A stretch of 64,000 nucleotides of DNA from Desulfatiglandales bacterium (GCA_963662465.1 OY759599.1:1-64000); one strand, 5' to 3'; positions 9,007 to 18,411 are shown, numbered from the stretch's first letter. A program made the numbers and translations. The notes: generated from the letters alone by a model not told the origin.

Positions 9007-9879
9007 CTACGCGCCGTCTCTGGCGATAATGCCGGCGGCGGCCATCACGGCCAGGGCCGTTGTCGTGTCCAGGGCCGCGGCGATGGATGCGAAATTGGTG
9101 ATGCTGCGGGCATCGATGTCCAGGTTCTCGGCCTGGAACTCACCGCTCACATTGCGCAGCCACAGGGTCCCCGCGGCATCCCCGCCGGCCCATGAACCGC
9201 TGCTCACGGTGATTTTGCAGATTTCAGCCGTATCGGAGCTGGTAGCGCCCACAACAGTATCCCCCACTGCCGGAACATCCGTGCCGCCGGAAGTGAACTC
9301 CATGGGCCACGCCAGATGGTTGGGATCGATGATGGCGTCTCGTACGACGGCCACGCCGGACACGGCCGCATCGGAAGCGTCGTATTCGGCGATTACGAAC
9401 CCGTAGGCATCCTCGGACCCGTCAACCGCGTCAAAATCGATCCGAACCACATAGAGGGTTCCCGCGGATACGGCGATGGTGAAAATATCGCCCACGTCGA
9501 AATCCTCGTCGCCATCGTTCAGCGTAAAATTGATCTCCTCGCTGGTATAGGCCACGGCAACCGTCGCCTGACCCAGGGTGATGTCGTCCGGGTCCTTGAC
9601 CTCGAAAGTCCCGGCCCCGGCGGCCTCGGCAATACAGGTGAGGGTGTAGGTCCCCAGCTTGGTCTTATCCCCGGCGGTTACACTGGTGCAGGTACCGTCC
9701 CCCGTATTGCCGGCATCCTTGGTCCCCGTGGTCGGACAGGACGTTTTGATCTTCCCGATCACCGCGCCGCACGGGAGGTCCTCGCCGCTCGCGATGGTGA
9801 CCTTCTCACGGGAAAAGAGATTCTCCATTTCCCACTTAAGCACATCGTTCAATCGGTCTTTTTCAATTAGTTTGGCCAT
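9007..9879 (-). CDS. Head decoration protein (gpD-like) with extra domains
   Basis: SREKVTIASG..L..GAVIG and DGSE.A.G motifs; between protease and capsid. Confidence 0.8.
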   Translation of the reverse strand: MAKLIEKDRLNDVLKWEMENLFSREKVTIASGEDLPCGAVIGKIKTSCPTTGTKDAGNTGDGTCTSVTAGDKTKLGTYTLTCIAEAAGAGTFEVKDPDDITLGQATVAVAYTSEEINFTLNDGDEDFDVGDIFTIAVSAGTLYVVRIDFDAVDGSEDAYGFVIAEYDASDAAVSGVAVVRDAIIDPNHLAWPMEFTSGGTDVPAVGDTVVGATSSDTAEICKITVSSGSWAGGDAAGTLWLRNVSGEFQAENLDIDARSITNFASIAAALDTTTALAVMAAAGIIARDGA

Positions 9880-9918
9880 TTTGCCTGTCTCCTTTGTTTG
9901 CGCGCTATTGCTTGCGCT

Positions 9919-11187
9919 CTATTTCCCCGCGTTGTCGCGCCGCTTCCGCGCATCGGCCAAGAGCGGATTGATATCTCCGGTGTTGGTGGGGGTAAGGGTT
10001 GATATGACTTCGTTCCTGCCGTCCATGGCCGCCTTGTGCGCCAGAATCTTTTTCCGGGCCTCTTCCACGGTGGCCCCCTCTTTCAACAGGGCGTTGGCCA
10101 TTTCGGGCACGCCGCCCAAAAGACACAGGTCCAGAATGCCCGTCATGGTGGTTTCAGCCTCCTGGCGGCCCCTGGCTTCCGCATCAGCGGTCAGGGCGTC
10201 AATGTCCACCGGCGTGTTGGCCGCCGCCGGTACATAGCCCATCGCCGAAAGCGCCGCCGCGGCGTCCACGTTGGGCGCGGCGATCAAGCCCTTCAGCTGC
10301 GTTTCAAATTGGTCCTGCGTCATTCCTGTTTCCGTCATGGTTCTGCCTCCCTGCCTGATATCGGCATTAATAAATTGTATCGCCTGGTCCATGCTCATGA
10401 TCTTATCCGCCAACCCCGCATCAACGGCGGAAAACCCCTGGAAAATACCTGCCTCGGTGGCCCGGAAAATATCCGATGAGGCGCCCCGTCCGCGAGCCAC
10501 GGTTTCGGCGAAGAGGTCGTAAACCGTATTGATGCTTTCCTGAAGCCTGGCGTGTACCTCGGATTTCAGTGGATGATGCGGGGAATAGTCGTTTTTTTGC
10601 GCGCCGGCGTAAATGGCGGTATATTTAAACCCCGCCTTTTCATCAAACCCGGATTCATCCACGTGCATGGCGATCACGCCGATGGACCCCAGTTGCGCCG
10701 TTCGCGGAACAAAGACGGTCTTTGCCTGCGAAAGCAGCAGGTACGCCGCTGAAAAGGCCGCCTCATTGGCAATGCCGTAGATGGGTTTTCGGTCGCGGGC
10801 TTCATAGATTTCATCGGCCAGGTCGAAAGCGCCCGCCACTTCACCGCCCGGACTGTCCACGACCAGCAACACGGCGTCAATGTCCGGGTCCGCCAGGGCG
10901 GCGCGGAAGTCTTTTCGGATTTCCTCGTAGCTCATCAGCCCTGACAGGGCATCCACCCCCATGGTCCGATGTACCAATGAGCCGTAAATGGGAATAACGG
11001 CGATATTGGACCGCCCTTCAATGGGGGCCCTGTCCCCGGGAACGGCGGCTTCCGTAATCGGCAAAATATCCAGGCCGATCCGGTTCCCCACCACGCCCAG
11101 AATCACGTCCAGCTTTTCGGGTTGGATCATCAAGGGCGTGTTGGTAATCTTCTGTGCCAGGCGCATTAAAACCGCTTTTGAATTCAT
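9919..11187 (-). CDS. S49 head maturation protease (gpC-like) with C-terminal scaffold
   Basis: DSPGGEV, AFSAAY, GSIGV motifs. Confidence 0.93.
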   Translation of the reverse strand: MNSKAVLMRLAQKITNTPLMIQPEKLDVILGVVGNRIGLDILPITEAAVPGDRAPIEGRSNIAVIPIYGSLVHRTMGVDALSGLMSYEEIRKDFRAALADPDIDAVLLVVDSPGGEVAGAFDLADEIYEARDRKPIYGIANEAAFSAAYLLLSQAKTVFVPRTAQLGSIGVIAMHVDESGFDEKAGFKYTAIYAGAQKNDYSPHHPLKSEVHARLQESINTVYDLFAETVARGRGASSDIFRATEAGIFQGFSAVDAGLADKIMSMDQAIQFINADIRQGGRTMTETGMTQDQFETQLKGLIAAPNVDAAAALSAMGYVPAAANTPVDIDALTADAEARGRQEAETTMTGILDLCLLGGVPEMANALLKEGATVEEARKKILAHKAAMDGRNEVISTLTPTNTGDINPLLADARKRRDNAGK

Positions 11188-12683
11188 GTGTCACGCTCCA
11201 CTGTTTGCTGTATCTTTCCGCCGGCGTCGGTCATGCGGCCGTCGCTGTCGTAGACATTTTCGTATTGATCGGCCCTGGCATTGTCCCTGGCGATTTCCTC
11301 ATCCACCATCTCGCTGTCATGGCCCATTTCTCCCACGATCTGGGACCGGCTTTTGAACCCATTCCGGTTCGCGGCCTTGGCCGCCTTGCCGTCCTTTTCC
11401 GGATCCACCCACGGCCAGCCGTCATGGTCCCATTTGAGGCGGTAATATTGCCGCCGGTTAGTCAGGTAATCGGGCAGGTCCAGGTCCCGGGACAGCACGG
11501 CCGTATCCAGCCACCGCCGAACCACCTTCCGGCAGAACTGAAACACCAGCACGTTGTTGATGGTCTGTTTGCAAAGACGTTGGAACTCAAGGTTCCCTGC
11601 CCGGATGGAGGAATAGGTAACGCCCTCCAGGTCGCCGGTGAACTTTTCGTAGGTCAACCCACCGAACCCCCTGGCGGATCTGCGGTCCTGTCGTTTGGTG
11701 AAGGCCTCATATCCCCCGCCCACATCCGCCGGGGTTGAAAACCGCACATCCTTGCCGTCGGGCAAAACCGGAAATGTCCCCGGCTCCAGGGCCACCACAT
11801 CCTGCCCTTCCAGGTCGTCATCCACCTTCCTGCCGAAGCCGGGTACATCCGGGTAATCCGTCTGGCTGTCTACGATGAAGCCGCCGAACATGGCGGCGCC
11901 CTTTTTACGCACGATCTCGGCATCATCGAACTGATTGGTTTCATGCTGGGTGACAATGACCGACGCCAGCCAGGGCACGCCGATCATCTGCCCGGCCCTG
12001 AGCGGTTGGAACACATGGATGATCTCGCTTGCCGGCACGCGGATCCGTTGGGAGCAGTCTTTGGATGTGACGAAGGATTCTCCCGGATGTTCCTTGAACA
12101 GCCAGTAGGCCGCCCGTTGCCCGGTTTTGTCGAGTTCGATCCCCATGCGGATTTCATTCCCGTTGGGCGCGATAGTGTTATAGGTTTCATCCAGGTGGTC
12201 TCCCTCTATCAGCTGCAACTGCAACGGCACGGAAAGCCCCGCTTCTGGACCCCGGGACCGGAACCGAACCAGCATGTGACCGCCTTCAATGACGCCCCGG
12301 GTCAACAGGGATTGCAGCCCGTAGAAATCACATATTCCATCCGCGTCCGCCTCTTCCGTCCAATCAGACCACAGCTCCTGAATGGCGGCCTTTATCTCCG
12401 GATTTTTCAGGCGCCACCGGGGCGTGATGCCGGTGCCCACCAGGTTGGCCACCAGGGTGCCCATGCCGCCCGTCGCCAGGGGGTCGTTTCGAACCAGTTG
12501 ACGGGCACGGGCGCGGAGCGTGTTGAGGCTGTTGAAGAGCGTTGTGTTGACCCCGGCCGTGGAGGTTCCCCAGCTGTTCATGCGGCGGCCGTATGCGGCC
12601 CCCTCATAGTGGCCGGCGTAGGCCCTGGCGGGAATGGGGGCGCCTTTCGCGTCCACGATTTTGAGATATGCCGGTTTTCTCAT
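11184..12683 (-). CDS. Portal protein, lambda family
   Basis: LRARARQLVRND, VGTGI.P, YSSIRAG, WVDP.KD motifs. Confidence 0.96.
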   Translation of the reverse strand: MRKPAYLKIVDAKGAPIPARAYAGHYEGAAYGRRMNSWGTSTAGVNTTLFNSLNTLRARARQLVRNDPLATGGMGTLVANLVGTGITPRWRLKNPEIKAAIQELWSDWTEEADADGICDFYGLQSLLTRGVIEGGHMLVRFRSRGPEAGLSVPLQLQLIEGDHLDETYNTIAPNGNEIRMGIELDKTGQRAAYWLFKEHPGESFVTSKDCSQRIRVPASEIIHVFQPLRAGQMIGVPWLASVIVTQHETNQFDDAEIVRKKGAAMFGGFIVDSQTDYPDVPGFGRKVDDDLEGQDVVALEPGTFPVLPDGKDVRFSTPADVGGGYEAFTKRQDRRSARGFGGLTYEKFTGDLEGVTYSSIRAGNLEFQRLCKQTINNVLVFQFCRKVVRRWLDTAVLSRDLDLPDYLTNRRQYYRLKWDHDGWPWVDPEKDGKAAKAANRNGFKSRSQIVGEMGHDSEMVDEEIARDNARADQYENVYDSDGRMTDAGGKIQQTVERDT

Positions 12684-12904
12684 TAGAGCCCCTTGCTGGT
12701 TTGGGTCAGGACATAAGAGCCCCGGCCGGAGGCCCTTCTCAGCGCCCTTTTGATTTCGGTTTCGCGGCGGTACAACAGGTCCAGGTTCACTTCCGAATAC
12801 TTGAACTGCTTATCTCCGAAACTGACGCTAACCGCCCTTTCGCCGCTTTCAAGGGCGCGAATCGCCGTCTGAATATTGCTAAGATCCGTACTGGTATAAG
12901 CCAT
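12683..12904 (-). CDS. Head-tail joining protein (gpW-like)
   Basis: MAYT..DL..I..AI..L.SG....SVS...Y; directly upstream of portal. Confidence 0.8.
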   Translation of the reverse strand: MAYTSTDLSNIQTAIRALESGERAVSVSFGDKQFKYSEVNLDLLYRRETEIKRALRRASGRGSYVLTQTSKGL

Positions 12905-13035
12905 TGGGTGCTCCCATAAAAAAAGGCCGGACAATGCAATGGATGCAGCCACTGCATTGGCCGGCCTAAGCGAAAGGATGAAAAAGATGAAACGTGAAAA
13001 CACTATAACACGGGTTTTTCAGCCTTTTTCAAAAC

Positions 13036-13092
13036 TTTCGGAATCTTTTGATGATTTTCGGAATCTTTTGATGATTTTCGGAATCTTTTGAT
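13036..13092. repeat. Three tandem 20-bp repeats upstream of head operon
   Basis: TTTCGGAATCTTTTGATGAT x2 plus 17-bp third copy. Confidence 0.9.
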
Positions 13093-13219
13093 CTTTTCGC
13101 TTGACATGCCCCTATGCTAAACCATTCAGAGGCCTCCAAACGTCGATTCTCGGGGCTCTCAGGAGGTCGTTTTTTGGGCGGGGTTGTAACGTTTTTTATT
13201 GAATCTTCCTATGTAGCAT

Positions 13220-13241
13220 AAAAAAACCGCCCGGAGGCGGT
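13220..13241 (-). terminator. Rho-independent terminator of moron
   Basis: Minus strand ACCGCC-TCCG-GGCGGT followed by T run. Confidence 0.7.
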
Positions 13242-13273
13242 GGGGTAGATTAAGGGATGAAGTGGCGAGGCGG

Positions 13274-13711
13274 TTAATCTTCGTTTTGATCCGGTTTAGG
13301 TATTTTTGAAGCTCTAAGGCCATAGCCTCCAACAAAACCACAGGCAACTAAACCGACTATTTTAATTAACTCCATGACAAGGGGCGCTTGGCCTATTGAC
13401 AAAGCATATGCACAAAAAGCGGCCATAATTAAAAAAATAGTAACTGCAAGGGTAGAAATGATTCTCATCCTACCGGATAGATAGCCTCTCTCCCCTTTCA
13501 GGTTCTCTAAGTTCGCTGCTATGGCTTTTTCCGCGATATCCTTCTGGTTATTGTCTTGCTGAACAGCTAATGCAAATTCTTTATCTCTAATTTCAAGCTC
13601 TTGACCTTTGACTTCAAGCTCTTTCTTCTGAAGTTGAAGAAAGTTGACAAAAATTTCCGGGGTCAGCTTTTGTTTCTTAGGGGGAAGGGGATTGTTTTCT
13701 GTATTTGACAT
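13274..13711 (-). CDS. Moron membrane protein (coiled coil plus 2 TM, DUF2335-like)
   Basis: Charged helical N-terminus, two hydrophobic C-terminal segments; AT-rich. Confidence 0.6.
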   Translation of the reverse strand: MSNTENNPLPPKKQKLTPEIFVNFLQLQKKELEVKGQELEIRDKEFALAVQQDNNQKDIAEKAIAANLENLKGERGYLSGRMRIISTLAVTIFLIMAAFCAYALSIGQAPLVMELIKIVGLVACGFVGGYGLRASKIPKPDQNED

Positions 13712-13897
13712 TTAACGTTTTAAATATACAGGATGTTTAAGTGTTGCAATAAAATATCCAAAATTTTTATCACCGATGGATGGGGGGACAAACTTGATTG
13801 AACGGATTTTATGCCGAGCTTTAGCATCAAGAGAGAGATATTTCTTTGGGGTAAGTTTTATTTCATTTTTTGGTGTTAAATTTATTGCTTTTTCCAT
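13712..13897 (-). CDS. Small basic moron protein
   Basis: GGAGG RBS; I.SIKFVPP.IG..NFG.F motif; abuts membrane protein gene. Confidence 0.6.
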   Translation of the reverse strand: MEKAINLTPKNEIKLTPKKYLSLDAKARHKIRSIKFVPPSIGDKNFGYFIATLKHPVYLKR

Positions 13898-13916
13898 CTT
13901 AGCGCCTCCTCTCTTA

Positions 13917-14163
13917 TTAGGCAAAAGCAACCCTCGAATGAAAGGTCTGAGTGTAGTTATTGGTTCCTGCTTCACATTTTTGGATTAAGAATGTTCCAAG
14001 ATTATGGGTTTCGCTTGTTTTCTCGATAGCTTCAAGTTCATCAGGATATGCACCAATAACTTTTTCATCTTTAATCACGATAAACTTGCCTTTATATTTT
14101 TTTTACAAGGCTGTCCTGGTTGTTAATATAGAATCGAAATTCTTTTTGTAGTGGATTTGACAT
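13917..14163 (-). pseudogene. DUF5678-like small gene frameshifted in an A8 run
   Basis: MSNPLQKEFRFYINNQDSLVKK / YKGKFIVIKDEKVIGAY...FHSRVAFA*; one extra A at 14097-14104. Confidence 0.7.
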
Positions 14164-14203
14164 TTCGCACCCCCCCCTTTTTTTTTCTTGTTTCAGGGAA
14201 AAA

Positions 14204-14232
14204 AGTATCCCACAACCAAAAAACGCCGTCAA
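14204..14232 (-). promoter_or_regulatory. Sigma70-type moron promoter
   Basis: TTGACG-17 bp-GATACT. Confidence 0.55.
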
Positions 14233-14596
14233 GAAAATTGTGTATTGTTACACGTAGGCTGCCGGAGGCAAAAACCCCCGGAACGGGATCTGTACCGGGC
14301 AAGAAGGGCGTGGGGGTCAAGGGAGGTACACTATTACGTTTATAGGCTTGTGCCATTTTCAGCAAGGGACATGTTTCGCTTTTCGATTTGAATGCTCTCC
14401 CTGTATTCCAATGCCTCGGCTTTAAGACTCCAGTGTACATAAGGAAGGCGGCAATTTTTAACAATCCATTTTATATTGTGGGGTAAAAGAAAATTGGCGG
14501 CATATATTGAAAAACCAGGCGTGCCGCCTCCAGGGACACCCCACTTAATTCCGGAAGATATCCCCGAAGCATAAGCAAGGCGCCCCCGGATGGATC

Positions 14597-15484
14597 CTAG
14601 CCCACCAACCCTGGGACCGGCTTGTCCGCATAGTACGCCAGCTGGGTCCGCGCCCCTTTTTGCATGGCATTCCAGGCTTGAGCGATTCTGTAGCAATACT
14701 CGTGGTTCCTAACCATTCTGTTGTTTTGTCCAATGCCTGACGAACCCAGCAAAAAGTTTCTGAGTTTCATTTCCGGCATTTCTTTGCTGAGATATTCACC
14801 GTCTCTTACCTTTACCCAAAACGCCAGCGCCTTATCGGGATCCAGGCGGTACGTCTGGAACATCATGTAAACAACGGCGGCCCGGGCAAGATGCCGATGG
14901 GACCGCCGGTTGGCAATCACGCGGGCGACAAATTTCCCTTCCTCTAAATAATCCTTCAACAATTCTACCCGGTCGTCTTTCGTGAACCATTTTTTAGCTC
15001 TGACGTTTCCAACCAGGCCCGCGGGTTCTTTCGATTTATAGCCCAGCGCTTCAATGGCGGCGGCGGCCACAATGAGAGTGGAAATCGCAAGGGGCCATTC
15101 CACATGCAGGCTGCTCGCTTCTACCCGCACCATTTCCCGCAATGACCTTGGCAGGATTTCGAATTGCCGGAACAGCTCGGAGAGCTCGCCTTCATCGTGT
15201 ACTTTATATTTTTCAAAGCAAACGGGAACGGTTATTCCGGATTCAATTGCCGCGCTGCAAACATGCTGACCGTTGACCATGATATCGCCCTTTACGGCCA
15301 TATTGGCAAAGGCAACCTCGCCAAATCTGAAAAGGCCTGATTTCATTTTATTGGCCAGGTCAAACACGTGGGCCTTTCGGATGGTCCGCTGCATTTCGTA
15401 TTTGTTGAAACCCAGATAATGCTTTGCAAGAGTTGCGTCCAACTCCACCATGCGACGTTCGATCAGGTTCATTCTTAAATCCAT
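14597..15484 (-). CDS. ParB/DGQHR-like domain phage protein
   Basis: QRTI...V..LA..M..G.F...MVNGQH..AA motif. Confidence 0.55.
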   Translation of the reverse strand: MDLRMNLIERRMVELDATLAKHYLGFNKYEMQRTIRKAHVFDLANKMKSGLFRFGEVAFANMAVKGDIMVNGQHVCSAAIESGITVPVCFEKYKVHDEGELSELFRQFEILPRSLREMVRVEASSLHVEWPLAISTLIVAAAAIEALGYKSKEPAGLVGNVRAKKWFTKDDRVELLKDYLEEGKFVARVIANRRSHRHLARAAVVYMMFQTYRLDPDKALAFWVKVRDGEYLSKEMPEMKLRNFLLGSSGIGQNNRMVRNHEYCYRIAQAWNAMQKGARTQLAYYADKPVPGLVG

Positions 15485-15493
15485 TTTCCCCTC

Positions 15494-16114
15494 CTATGTC
15501 AATTCTACGAGGTCTTTGGCCCGTTTAATCAAAAATAATGCAACGTCCCTGGAGGTCTTTTCCCAGTTTTCGAAGCGCACCCGTTTTACCTCCCGGTAAA
15601 AAGCGTCAAACGCCTGCCTGAAATCTTCATCGATCGCCGAGGCTGTATTGGCTGCTTCTCTCGTTTTTTTCTCCAGCCGCCCGACGGCTTTTTTTGTGTT
15701 TTCTCTTTTAATTTCCGCAACGACTTTGGCGACATGCCGGGCGGTCAGTTTGCCGGCGGGCGCTGATTCAACTGCCATCTCCCAGGCTTCCTGCTGGGCT
15801 TCGGGGGTTGATAGTTTGGTGAGAGGGCGGACTTGGCGTTCATTTGAAGGAAGTACGCCCATGGGCGTACTTTGCAGAGCATCCATGGTCTTAACCGTCA
15901 ACATCAATTTATCTGCATAACGAATGCTAAGTTCCCACCGATCCCGACAATAATCCTCAAACGTCGCGTGCTGCTCACGATACAACCGTGAACCCCGGAT
16001 CTCTACGAGGGCCATCCCGATCCTGTAAAAAGCTTTTTTGTCCGTTTCGATCTGGGCCTCCAGAATCGATAAGCGTGATTTTTCCAAAACGTTCATTTCC
16101 GTGGTTGGTTCCAT
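15494..16114 (-). CDS. Phage DNA-binding protein
   Basis: IG.AL.EIR..RLYR...TFEDYC..RW and P.NERQ.RPL motifs. Confidence 0.6.
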   Translation of the reverse strand: MEPTTEMNVLEKSRLSILEAQIETDKKAFYRIGMALVEIRGSRLYREQHATFEDYCRDRWELSIRYADKLMLTVKTMDALQSTPMGVLPSNERQVRPLTKLSTPEAQQEAWEMAVESAPAGKLTARHVAKVVAEIKRENTKKAVGRLEKKTREAANTASAIDEDFRQAFDAFYREVKRVRFENWEKTSRDVALFLIKRAKDLVELT

Positions 16115-16126
16115 GAAACCTCCTCC

Positions 16127-16642
16127 TTATCGCACTTGGCGCCATTGGTTTTCATCGTGGTAAAACTTCAGCCTTGCGGGGTGTTGGCCGCCGTAAATCA
16201 ATTTCATCGATACCTTGCCCCTGGAAATAATTTTGCCCGGGCTGGATGAGAAGGCCCTGATCTCATCCAGCTTTTGCCGGATTTCCTGTTTCAGTGCGTC
16301 GCGTCGTTTCGGCCACCCCTTTACGGCGGCATCATATTGCTTGCGGGTGGAGGCTTTCAGGGGCTTGCCGCCATGATCCAGCCGCCGTCTCTTGGCCCTC
16401 ACCTCTCCGGCGGCACGCCGGTAACATTTCAAGGTGGTCTTAAGCGCCGCCTGCAATGCGGCCACGGTGACCTCCTCCCGGACGGAACCGGCCATTTTCC
16501 CCGCATCCAGGAATATGTCGGTCAACGCTTCAGGGTTCTTGGTTTCACAGGCCGCATTGAGCCGATCGATCATATGCGCCAGGTATGGCCACCACTCGAT
16601 GGCCTTTTGCCGAACCATCATGCCCGCTGGATATGCCATCAT
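16127..16642 (-). CDS. Hypothetical phage protein
   Basis: Translationally coupled ORF in C4-controlled operon. Confidence 0.45.
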   Translation of the reverse strand: MMAYPAGMMVRQKAIEWWPYLAHMIDRLNAACETKNPEALTDIFLDAGKMAGSVREEVTVAALQAALKTTLKCYRRAAGEVRAKRRRLDHGGKPLKASTRKQYDAAVKGWPKRRDALKQEIRQKLDEIRAFSSSPGKIISRGKVSMKLIYGGQHPARLKFYHDENQWRQVR

Positions 16643-16923
16643 AGGATCACCCCCTCCAGGCCCTCACCGATAATGGCCACCAGGGCGTCGTTTTGGTCTG
16701 CCAGGGAGTTGAAAGCGGCATGGCCGGGCAGGGCCTGCATGACCTGGAAAATGCCCACGGCAATGTCTTTCAGCGCAAAAAGCGTATCGCGGTCAATGAG
16801 CCGCAACCTTTCGGGAATAGGCGGCGAAGCGTCGGGGCCCTTGGGATCGTGCAATGGGTATGCAATGTTTTCGGAAACGTTGGGACGGGGTTGTGTTCGG
16901 GATAAAACAGTAGGTTTAAACAT
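16639..16923 (-). CDS. First ORF downstream of C4-type RNA
   Basis: AAGGAG RBS overlapping antisense target. Confidence 0.5.
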   Translation of the reverse strand: MFKPTVLSRTQPRPNVSENIAYPLHDPKGPDASPPIPERLRLIDRDTLFALKDIAVGIFQVMQALPGHAAFNSLADQNDALVAIIGEGLEGVIL

Positions 16924-16982
16924 GACGGATCTCCTTTTGTAAGAGGTTGGAATATCCGCCTTTCATGCTTCTAAACAAAAAA

Positions 16983-17056
16983 GGCGGGTCGCACGCGGTT
17001 AGAAGACCGGCCAAAAGGAAACCGGCGAGCCCGAAGGCTCCCGCGCGCAACCCGCC
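16983..17056 (-). ncRNA. C4-type antisense RNA (P1/P7 c4, P4 CI-like cloverleaf)
   Basis: Closing stem GGCGGGT..G.GCG/CGCGTGCGACCCGCC, GAGCC-TTCG-GGCTC arm, CCTTTTG and CTTCTAA segments complementary to sites both upstream and downstream. Confidence 0.75.
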
Positions 17057-17165
17057 AGGGATCTCATAGAGCATAAAAAAAAGCGCTCTATGAGTTAGGC
17101 GCTTACGCACCTTTTGACATGCCGGCTTCTAACCCGGGCCGATGGATTTTGCCATCGACGGGGTT

Positions 17166-17194
17166 AGCGTACCGGCTGTTTTGGCGGTTGTCAA
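17166..17194 (-). promoter_or_regulatory. Sigma70 promoter for C4 module
   Basis: TTGACA-17 bp-TACGCT. Confidence 0.7.
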
Positions 17195-17373
17195 GTTTTT
17201 TTATCATTCTTTATTTCCTTTCGCCTGGCGTCCAGGACTGCGTTAAGGCAGAAAGCCGCTCTCTCTAAATTCCGATAGGCCTTATCCATGTTCCCTTTCT
17301 TAAGGTGCCCCTCATAATAATCCATAAACCATTTTCCGCATTGCCCAAGCGATGCCGCAAGGTCATTCGTCAT
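17191..17373 (-). CDS. Hypothetical phage protein
   Basis: ATGA overlap with upstream ORF, GAGG RBS. Confidence 0.45.
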   Translation of the reverse strand: MTNDLAASLGQCGKWFMDYYEGHLKKGNMDKAYRNLERAAFCLNAVLDARRKEIKNDKKT

Positions 17374-17558
17374 TCCGTTTCCTCCTCATCCTCAATCGGC
17401 GCCGCCCGACGCAAGCATTCCGGGTGGCGCATGACCCCATCATGGGTAGCCTCCAATCGCCAGAATAAACGGCAGACAGGGGGCTCAACCTCATCCAGCT
17501 GCAAGAAATTGCAATCCCATGAACAGAACTTGCCATTATGCCTGATGATGGCTTCCAT
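17370..17558 (-). CDS. Small Cys-rich phage protein
   Basis: C...C.FL......C.LF...L.......R..EC pattern. Confidence 0.45.
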   Translation of the reverse strand: MEAIIRHNGKFCSWDCNFLQLDEVEPPVCRLFWRLEATHDGVMRHPECLRRAAPIEDEEETE

Positions 17559-17884
17559 CCGCCTTGCCCTCCCGCCAGGGTTTCTTCCACCCGTAAACTA
17601 TCATAAACGCGAAATCCTTGGAAAATTGCCATGGCTGCCCATTCGCCCAATACTTAACCGTCAAATATAGCCAGAATATTTTTTTCATTCTGTAACGCTC
17701 CTTTCAAATACCGCCGCCTGGATCTCACCATTTGCTTTTTTTCCCACTGAGAAAAACCATTGCGGCTATTTCCCGGATTTTCGTTGCGCCAATAAAGCCA
17801 CTTGGCTTCTGCTTTGCATATTGGTTTCATGGTTATATTAAGCTGACTTTTGCCCCTTCGGGCTTTGCAAAACCCGAGGGTTGG

Positions 17885-18127
17885 TTATGCGTTTTTTAAA
17901 AACCTCGCCTTTTCCATTTGAATGGCCCGGCTAATGGCATCCTTAGCCTCCGAAAGGTCTTGCATCGTATCTGCCTTGCCACGAATGCCGGCACATAAAA
18001 GTTTTTTTATTGCATGTTGACGAGCGGGGCAAACCACACCGAATGCGTCTAACACAGCGTATACGTCTATTTTACCGCCAATATGACAAACAAGTTCTCG
18101 CAAATATTTAGTACCACTTTCGTTCAT
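17885..18127 (-). CDS. Conserved phage protein (DUF3310-like)
   Basis: IDVY.VL.AF.V..PA.QHAIKKLLCAG.RG.....QDL.EA motif; GGAGG RBS. Confidence 0.65.
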   Translation of the reverse strand: MNESGTKYLRELVCHIGGKIDVYAVLDAFGVVCPARQHAIKKLLCAGIRGKADTMQDLSEAKDAISRAIQMEKARFLKNA

Positions 18128-18210
18128 TTTGCCTCCGCCTAACCAGCGATTATACAGTTTTTTTTGTCGTCAAATATCCGTTCCCGCATGTTAGCCGGAA
18201 GATACTCGGA

Positions 18211-18411
18211 TCAAAAACCGTCAAATGTCTCATAACTATCAAATTCTTTTTGCGTCATCGTGACAGGCTCAAACACGGGCGGATAGGCATCTTCATCTTG
18301 ATCCTCAAAATATGATAATACCTCTTCATTCATCTCGTCTGTAGTCATTAAAGCAAAATTATACTGAGTTGACTCTTTGTCTTGATACATCTTCCAAAAT
18401 ATCTTTTTCAT
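18211..18411 (-). CDS. Small acidic phage protein
   Basis: ATGA overlap with thymidylate synthase stop. Confidence 0.45.
   Translation of the reverse strand: MKKIFWKMYQDKESTQYNFALMTTDEMNEEVLSYFEDQDEDAYPPVFEPVTMTQKEFDSYETFDGF

Noticed and set aside
13036..13092. Mini-CRISPR
   Set aside because: Repeats are head-to-tail with no unique spacers
14477..14545. Structured RNA (GTGGGGT...ACCCCAC with inner GGCGGCA/TGCCGCC)
   Set aside because: Pairing is visible but I cannot tie it to a family or function; may be a terminator or chance
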